Positions 58,443 through 64,000 of a stretch of 64,000 nt of DNA are shown here, piece by piece. The stretch is from the sequence record NZ_CP020440.2, one strand, 5' to 3'. Numbering within the stretch: position 1 is the stretch's first letter; each line of letters begins with the position of its first letter. The position numbers and the translations under genes are program-made. This stretch comes from a plasmid. The notes under the pieces were generated by a model. The model had not been told where the DNA came from and searched no databases. It saw only the letters and a program-made list of their open reading frames with translations.

Positions 58443-59639
58443 TCAGCCCTCGGCGTTGGCAGCGGCGGTCACCGCGCCGCGCCGGTCCAGCGCGCTGGTC
58501 GCCGGGGCCTCGCCCGGGGCGGCGTCGGTGGGCCGCTTCGTCGCGGGGGCGGCGGCGGGCAGGGGCTCGTCCTGACCGGTGCGGGTGTCGACCTCGACCA
58601 CGACGGACATGCCGGGGCGCAGCGGCAGGCGGGCGCGGTCCTGGGCCTCGATCTCGATGCGGACCGGGACGCGCTGGACGACCTTGGTGAAGTTGCCGGT
58701 CGCGTTCGAGGCGGGCAGCAGGCTGAACACCTGCCCGGTCCCGGCGGTCAGGCTGTCCACATGGCCGCGCAGCTCGGCGTCGGGCCAGGCGTCCACGGTA
58801 ATGCGCACCGCTGCCCCCGGGCGGATGCCGGCGATCTGGGTTTCCTTGAAGTTCGCCTCGACATAGACGGCGCCGGTGGGCACCAGCGTTCCGATGCGCG
58901 AGCCGGTGGTCACGAAGGAGCCGACCTCGATCTGGCGTTCGGTCAGGATGCCGTCGAAGGGCGCGCGGACCCGGGTAAAGTCCAGGTCGCGCTGCGCCAG
59001 CCGCAGCCCGGTCTGGGCCGAGCGGACATCCAGCGCGGCGCTGTCGCGCTTGGCTTCGAGGACCTGCACCTCGGCCTTGGCCTGCGACAGCGCGGCGCGG
59101 GCGCTGGCGACCTGGGCGCTGGCCGATTTCGCCGTCGCCTCGGCCGCGTCAAGCGCCGCCTGGGTTCCGGCCGATGTCACTTTCAGTTCCTGGGCGCGGC
59201 GAAAGCTTTTCTGCGCGCCATCGTTCGTCGCCTCGGCGGCGGCAAGGGCCGCGCGGGCCTGTTCGACGGCGGCCTGGCCCGCGACGATCTGCGCGTCCAG
59301 CTGGACCTGCGCGCTTTCGGCCAGGGCCAGGGCGTTCTGCGCCTTTTCCAGCGCCAGCGCGTAATCCTGCGGGTCGATCACCGCGATCACCTGGTCCTTT
59401 TTCACGGGCGCGTTCGGGGCGACCAGCACCTCGGCGACATAGCCGGTATCGCGGGCCTGCAGCATGATCAGGTCGGCCTGCAGATAGGCGTCGTCCGTTT
59501 CCTGGTGAAAGCGGCCGTGGCTGTACCAGCGCCACCCCTGCCAGCCGGCCAGCACCAGCACCAGAAGGGCCACGATGGCCAAAACGCGCTTGGCCTTGCC
59601 GCCCTTGGCGGGCTGCGGGGCAGAAATATCGGAAGCCAT
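58443..59639 (-). CDS. HlyD-family membrane fusion protein (EmrA-like)
   Basis: Start at MASDISAPQPAKGGKAKRVLAIVALLVLVLAGW, residue 17 of the track ORF. A TM anchor and a long coiled-coil (AQ-rich) region characteristic of EmrA. The stop lies 2 nt before the emrB start. Confidence 0.75.
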   Translation of the reverse strand: MASDISAPQPAKGGKAKRVLAIVALLVLVLAGWQGWRWYSHGRFHQETDDAYLQADLIMLQARDTGYVAEVLVAPNAPVKKDQVIAVIDPQDYALALEKAQNALALAESAQVQLDAQIVAGQAAVEQARAALAAAEATNDGAQKSFRRAQELKVTSAGTQAALDAAEATAKSASAQVASARAALSQAKAEVQVLEAKRDSAALDVRSAQTGLRLAQRDLDFTRVRAPFDGILTERQIEVGSFVTTGSRIGTLVPTGAVYVEANFKETQIAGIRPGAAVRITVDAWPDAELRGHVDSLTAGTGQVFSLLPASNATGNFTKVVQRVPVRIEIEAQDRARLPLRPGMSVVVEVDTRTGQDEPLPAAAPATKRPTDAAPGEAPATSALDRRGAVTAAANAEG

Positions 59640-59694
59640 GGTGGCGGCCTTTCTAAGGGAGGCGAATCTGATCAGGAGGCTTTGCAATATAGTG

Positions 59695-59715
59695 TTGACC
59701 GAACCGTTCGGTCAA
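59695..59715. promoter_or_regulatory. 21 bp perfect palindrome TTGACCGAAC-c-GTTCGGTCAA in the divergent emrA/tetR intergenic region; a candidate TetR operator
   Basis: Seen directly in the sequence (agtgttgaccgaaccgttcggtcaatatac), about 35 bp upstream of the tetR ATG and about 55 bp upstream of the emrA ATG. Confidence 0.5.
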
Positions 59716-59748
59716 TATACCAAAAGCCGATATTACAAAGGAAAAACG

Positions 59749-60423
59749 ATGACCGAGACCGCGCCCTCTGTCGCCGGGCCCGAGGCCGCGCCGAGCGACA
59801 GCCCCAAGCGCCAGCAGATCCTGGATGGCGCCCGCCGGATGTTCCTGGCCAAGGGGTTCGAGGGCGCGTCGATGCAGGACGTGGCCAAGGCGGCGGGCGT
59901 GTCGAAGGGGACGCTCTATGTCTATTTCGACAGCAAGGAGGCCGTGTTCGAGGCGCTGGTGCTGAAGGAATGCGGCCGGATGCAGGACACCGTCCGCCGG
60001 CTGGGTTCCGGCGCGGGGCAGGCGGGGGACGAACTCTGCGCCATTGCCCGGCAGATGGTTTCGACCCTGCTGCAGCCCGAGGTGCTGGCCGCCATGCGCA
60101 TGATGATCGGCGCGGGCGAGAAGTTTCCCGACCTGGCCCGCAAGATCTACGAAGCGGGGCCCGCGCGCTCGGCCGCGATCCTGGCGGACTATCTGCAAGG
60201 CAGGGTCGACCGGGGCGACCTTGCGATCCAGGATTGCGGGGCGGCTGCGGCCGAATTCCTGGACCTGGTGATCGCGGGGCTGCAGCGGCGTGCGCTGTTG
60301 ATGATGCCGCCGCTGCCCGATGACCGGATCGAGGCGCATGTGACGTCCCGCGTCGGCCGCTTCCTGGCGGTCTATGCGCCCTCAGACGCTTTGCAGGAAG
60401 CCGCCCGACTGCCGCGCCCATAG
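59749..60423 (+). CDS. TetR/AcrR-family transcriptional repressor
   Basis: 224 aa from MTETAPS. TetR HTH (QQILDGARRMFLAKGFEGASMQDVAKAAGVSKGTLYVYF). Divergent from the emrAB-like pump. Confidence 0.75.
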   Translation: MTETAPSVAGPEAAPSDSPKRQQILDGARRMFLAKGFEGASMQDVAKAAGVSKGTLYVYFDSKEAVFEALVLKECGRMQDTVRRLGSGAGQAGDELCAIARQMVSTLLQPEVLAAMRMMIGAGEKFPDLARKIYEAGPARSAAILADYLQGRVDRGDLAIQDCGAAAAEFLDLVIAGLQRRALLMMPPLPDDRIEAHVTSRVGRFLAVYAPSDALQEAARLPRP

Positions 60424-62226
60424 GCCGGCATAGATGCCGCCCCGGGCCAGCAGCGCCTCGTGCGTGCCCTGTTCGACGATGCGGCCCCGGTCCATGACGA
60501 TCAGCCGGTCCATCTGCGCGATGGTGGACAGCCGGTGCGCGATGGCGATGACGGTCTTGCCCTGCATCATCAGCTCCAGCCGGGACTGGATCGCGGCCTC
60601 GGCTTCGCTGTCAAGCGCGCTGGTCGCCTCGTCCAGGACCAGGATCGGCGCGTCCTTCAGCAGCACCCGCGCGATGGCGATGCGCTGGCGCTGCCCGCCC
60701 GACAGTTTCACGCCGCGTTCGCCGACATGGGCATCCAAGCCCCGGCGGCCCTGGGAATCGGTCAGCCCCTCGATGAACAGGTCGGCCTCGGCCAGTTCGG
60801 TTGCGCGGCGGATCTGCGCCTCGGTCGCGTCGGGACGGCCGTAGGCGATGTTGCCGCGGATCGAGCGGTGCAGAAGCGAGGTGTCCTGCGTCACCACCCC
60901 GATGGCAGCGCGCAGGGATTCCTGCGTGACCTGCGAAATGTCCTGCCCGTCGATCAGGATCGCCCCCGATTCCAGGTCATGAAACCGCAGCATCAGGTTG
61001 ACGAGCGTGGATTTGCCGGCACCGGAACGCCCGACCAGACCGATGCGTTCGCCCGGCGCGACGGTCAGGTCCAGCCTGTCCAGAACCGCGCCGCGGCCGC
61101 TTTCCTCGGTCGCGCCATAGCGGAAGGTGACATCGCGGAACTCGACACCGCCGCTGGTCACGGCCAGCGGTCGCGCCGCCGGCGCATCCGTCACCATGCG
61201 CGGCAGCGCGAGCGAGCCGATGCCGTCCCGGACCGTGCCGATGTTTTCGAACAGCCCGGCGAATTCCCACATGATCCAGTGCGACATGTTGCCCAGGCGC
61301 AGCGCAAGGGGGATGGCGATGGCCACCGCGCCCACCTCGACCCGGCCCGAGGTCCACAGCCACAGCCCCAGCCCGGTCACGGCGAATGTCAGCCCCGAAT
61401 TCAGTGCCGACAGCAGGATGTTCTGGATCGACGCCAGCCGCATCTGCCCGTGCACCGTGTCCAGAAAGCCCTCCATGCTTTCGCGGACATAGCCTTCCTC
61501 GCGCGAGGAGTGCGAGAACAGCTTGACGGTCGAGATGTTGGTATAGCTGTCCACCACCCGGCCGGTCATCACGGCCCGGGCGTCGGCCTGCGCCTCGCTG
61601 ACGCGGCCGATGCGCGGGATCAGCCACCACAAAAGCACGCCGTAGGCGAGGCCCCACGCGAGGAAGGGCAGAGCCAGCCAGCCGTCGGTCGAGGCGGCCA
61701 GCACGATCGCGCCGATGAAATAGACCGCGACATAGACCAGCACGTCCAGGAACTTCATCGCCACTTCGCGCACCGCCAGTGCGGTCTGCATCAGCTTGGT
61801 GGCGATCCGGCCGGCGAATTCGTCCTGGAAATAGCTCATGGACTGGCGCAGCAGATAGCGGTGCGCCTGCCATCGGATGCGCTGGGGCAGGTTGCCCATC
61901 AGCGTCTGGTGCATCAGCAGCGAAAACAGCGTCTGCAGCAGCGGCAGGCCGATCATCAGGATCGCGCCCATCAGGATCAGACGGCCCCCCTCGTCGGCCC
62001 AGAATCCGGCCCGGTCGGCACCCGACATGCGGTCCACCAGATCGCCCAGATAGCCGAACAGCACCACCTCGGCCACCGCGATCAGGGCCGAGCAGGCCGC
62101 CATCGCCAGCATGTAGCCATGCGCCCCTTGCGTGAAATGCAGCATGAAACGCCACAGCCCCCGCGGCGGCATCTGCGGCGCCTGGGCCGGATAGGGATCA
62201 AGCCGGCTTTCGAACCAGCGGAACAT
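60382..62226 (-). CDS. ABC exporter, fused transmembrane-domain and ATPase (ABCB/MsbA-like)
   Basis: 614 aa. Six TM segments N-terminal, then Walker A (GRSGAGKST), signature LSGGQRQR, and Walker B ILVLDEATSALD. Confidence 0.8.
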   Translation of the reverse strand: MFRWFESRLDPYPAQAPQMPPRGLWRFMLHFTQGAHGYMLAMAACSALIAVAEVVLFGYLGDLVDRMSGADRAGFWADEGGRLILMGAILMIGLPLLQTLFSLLMHQTLMGNLPQRIRWQAHRYLLRQSMSYFQDEFAGRIATKLMQTALAVREVAMKFLDVLVYVAVYFIGAIVLAASTDGWLALPFLAWGLAYGVLLWWLIPRIGRVSEAQADARAVMTGRVVDSYTNISTVKLFSHSSREEGYVRESMEGFLDTVHGQMRLASIQNILLSALNSGLTFAVTGLGLWLWTSGRVEVGAVAIAIPLALRLGNMSHWIMWEFAGLFENIGTVRDGIGSLALPRMVTDAPAARPLAVTSGGVEFRDVTFRYGATEESGRGAVLDRLDLTVAPGERIGLVGRSGAGKSTLVNLMLRFHDLESGAILIDGQDISQVTQESLRAAIGVVTQDTSLLHRSIRGNIAYGRPDATEAQIRRATELAEADLFIEGLTDSQGRRGLDAHVGERGVKLSGGQRQRIAIARVLLKDAPILVLDEATSALDSEAEAAIQSRLELMMQGKTVIAIAHRLSTIAQMDRLIVMDRGRIVEQGTHEALLARGGIYAGLWARQSGGFLQSV

Positions 62227-62286
62227 GGCAGACCTCGTGGCAAGGGGACGGGGGCAGGCTAGCGGATCGGCCTGCCGGTCGCCAGC

Positions 62287-63108
62287 CTAGCGTTCCAGCA
62301 GGTCGCGGTGAAAGCGCTTGAGCAGCAGCAGCCCGAAGACCAGCAGCACCACCGAAACCCCGACGACATAGGCCTGGTTCACATAGGCGGCCTCGTAGGT
62401 TGGATAGATCCCGCGCCGCATCAGCCCCACGCAATGCAGCAGGGGATTGTACCACAGCAGGTTCTGGACGCTGGAGGGCATGAAATCGTACAGAAACAGC
62501 GTGCCCGAGATCAGGAACAGCGGACGCGTGACGATCTGCCAGGTCCGTTCCCAGACCGGAAAGGCCGTCATCAGGTAGCAGTTCATCGACCCGACTCCGA
62601 TGCCCAGCAACGAGATCATGACCAGCGACTCGAAGATCGCGGCCATGTTCACGACGGGCGGGATCTGGTAGACGATGAAGATCCCCGTGATCACGATGGC
62701 GATGACGGCGATGTTCGTCAGCATGTTCAAAAGCGCGCGCGCGATCATCGTGTCGATGAAGGTAACGCTGGGATAGGCCAGGAACGGGCGCGAGAAGCGG
62801 ATCGACAGCGCGATCTTGGCCGCCATGCTGTTGAACATCGTGAAGGGCAGAAAGCCGCTGGCATAGAACAGTGGAAAGCTGGTTCCCAGCGCGGGTTCGT
62901 TCAGCATCATCCCGAAGATCAGCGCCAGGATGACGATGCCCAGGACCGGCTCGATCACGGCCCAAAGATAGCCACCCGCGGACTTGCCATAGGTAGTCGC
63001 CATCTCGCGCAGGATCAGCGCCACGATGATGCGGCCCATGCGGCCGTGGGGGCGCCGGTGGGCGGCCGGAATCTGGGGCGCGCGCGGCTGGGACGTGATA
63101 TCGGACAT
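62287..63108 (-). CDS. kpsM: ABC-2 type polysaccharide export permease (KpsM-like)
   Basis: Start at MSDITSQPRAPQ, residue 280 of the 552 aa track ORF, about 273 aa. KpsM-family N-terminus (IIVALILREMATTYGKSAGGYLWAVIEP) and six TM segments. Confidence 0.7.
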   Translation of the reverse strand: MSDITSQPRAPQIPAAHRRPHGRMGRIIVALILREMATTYGKSAGGYLWAVIEPVLGIVILALIFGMMLNEPALGTSFPLFYASGFLPFTMFNSMAAKIALSIRFSRPFLAYPSVTFIDTMIARALLNMLTNIAVIAIVITGIFIVYQIPPVVNMAAIFESLVMISLLGIGVGSMNCYLMTAFPVWERTWQIVTRPLFLISGTLFLYDFMPSSVQNLLWYNPLLHCVGLMRRGIYPTYEAAYVNQAYVVGVSVVLLVFGLLLLKRFHRDLLER

Positions 63109-63468
63109 GTGAATACAAATACTGGTCTTGGCAGGGCGCAATATGTAACAACGGCGTGGAAAAGGTAAACCAGCGAAAGCGCGACCGTCGTGACCACCCC
63201 GCCCAAGACCAATGACGGCAAGGCCGCCGCCGCACCCGGCCAGCCGGACGCCGTCACCCCTGTCGTCGCGCGCGCCGAGGCGGTGAATGGCGGTGCCCCC
63301 CGGCCGTTTTCGGGGGCGGGGGCCGGGGCGGCGGCCTCGCGGCCCGTTGCCTCGGCCCGGCCGGTCCGTCCGTTCGAGGGCCAGAACCGTCCGCCGCTGA
63401 GCCAGCAGGCGCCGGCTGCCAAGCCTCACGGCGGTGCCTTGGCGACCCGGCCGATTCCGGTCCAGCCC

Positions 63469-64000
63469 ATGGCGCAACCGGCGCAGGCCCCCTTGCCGGC
63501 GGCCCGCCCGGCGCCCGGCCAGCCGGTGCCCGCACGGCCGAAGGGGCCGCCCGCGGGTCCGGGCGGGGCGCAGACCGCCGTGCGTCCCCCGGTTGCCCTG
63601 GCCAAGCCCAAGGCGCGGCATTGGCTGGTGCTGCTGTCCTTTCTGCTGGTCGTCGCCCTGCCCAGCCTGCTCTGGGCCTGGTATCTTTGGGGCCGCGCCA
63701 GCGACCAGTACCTGTCGACCGTGGGCTTTTCGGTCAGGCAGGAACAGCAGACGCCTTCGCTGGACATCCTGGGCGGGCTTGCGCCCTTTACCGGCGGCGG
63801 CGGGGCGGCGGACACGGATATCCTGTATCAGTACATCCGCAGCCAGGACATGGTCGAAAAGGTCGATGCGGAACTGGACATCCGGTCCCGGTTTTCCCGC
63901 GAATGGCCGCGGGATTTCGTCTTCGCCTTCGATCCCGAGGGTCATATCGAGGATCTGACCCGCTACTGGCAGCGCCAGGTGAAGGTGCTTTATGACAGCC
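63469..64000 (+). CDS. kpsE: capsule polysaccharide export inner-membrane protein (KpsE/RkpR-like), N-terminal part; continues past the window end
   Basis: Frame with no stop to the window end, not in the track because it is incomplete. The TM segment HWLVLLSFLLVVALPSLLWAWYLWGRASDQYLST is followed by a KpsE-like region (DILYQYIRSQDMVEKVDAELDIRSRFS). The ATG at 63469 was chosen; the same frame is open back to a GTG at about 63190. That would add a 90 aa Pro/Ala-rich N-terminal extension. Confidence 0.5.
   Translation, partial: MAQPAQAPLPAARPAPGQPVPARPKGPPAGPGGAQTAVRPPVALAKPKARHWLVLLSFLLVVALPSLLWAWYLWGRASDQYLSTVGFSVRQEQQTPSLDILGGLAPFTGGGGAADTDILYQYIRSQDMVEKVDAELDIRSRFSREWPRDFVFAFDPEGHIEDLTRYWQRQVKVLYDS

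Noticed and set aside
59749-62226. 42 nt convergent 3-prime overlap between tetR (stop at 60423) and the ABC exporter (stop at 60382)
   Set aside because: Not rejected as real, but not interpretable from sequence alone. Both C-termini look native. It is recorded inside the kpsM/exporter finding rather than as a separate feature.

Overview
This 64 kb window has a high GC content and is densely coding. Gene content and regulators (LysR PcaQ, AraC-type putative PobR, DnaA-like replicase with parAB) point to a Rhodobacteraceae or Paracoccus-like alphaproteobacterium. I found no rRNA, tRNA, CRISPR array, integrase or transposase.

Gene content in order:
- 1 to 8.7 kb: protocatechuate branch of the beta-ketoadipate pathway. 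pcaQ is divergent from a minus-strand run pcaD-pcaC-pcaH-pcaG, then a DUF849/BKACE gene, then pcaB. A PcaK-like MFS transporter, an AraC-type putative pobR and pobA follow.
- 8.7 to 14.2 kb: a DEAD-box RNA helicase, panC-panB, and a two-HKD phospholipase-D-family protein.
- 14.2 to 17.9 kb: a secondary-replicon (plasmid or chromid type) replication and partition module. It comprises a small DnaA-like replicase, a 480 bp origin-like intergenic region, and a long RepA/ParA with ParB. A GC-rich palindrome TCCCCGCGGGGAAG occurs three times in and after parB.
- 18 to 26.5 kb: nagK-nagA-COG0523 GTPase, a lytic transglycosylase, a hotdog thioesterase, a cystine/DAACS transporter, a Phd/YefM-PIN toxin-antitoxin pair, and an MFS transporter.
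- 26.7 to 31.7 kb: cyoABCD quinol oxidase with a SURF1 gene.
- 31.7 to 35.6 kb: a translationally coupled otsB-GH15-otsA operon.
- 35.8 to 43 kb: an RTX-repeat gene broken by a frameshift, then an AraC-regulated acyl-CoA ligase, SDR, thiolase and ACAD cluster.
- 43 to 64 kb: OpgG/D, an OmpR-type two-component system downstream of a FepA-like TonB receptor and a beta-propeller protein, a GntR regulator with a YtfQRT/YjfF-type sugar ABC transporter, an EmrAB pump with TetR, an ABCB-type exporter, and kpsM with divergent kpsE (truncated at the window end).

Many track ORFs are artificial N-terminal fusions or antisense artefacts of high GC. I re-derived starts by arithmetic from the protein sequences. 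Coordinates of the non-coding motifs may be off by 1 to 2 nt.

I did not identify a confidently novel multi-gene system. The most interesting items are the replicon-origin module with its parS-like palindromes, the BKACE gene embedded in the pca operon with no pcaIJF in the window, and the nagA-COG0523 coupling.
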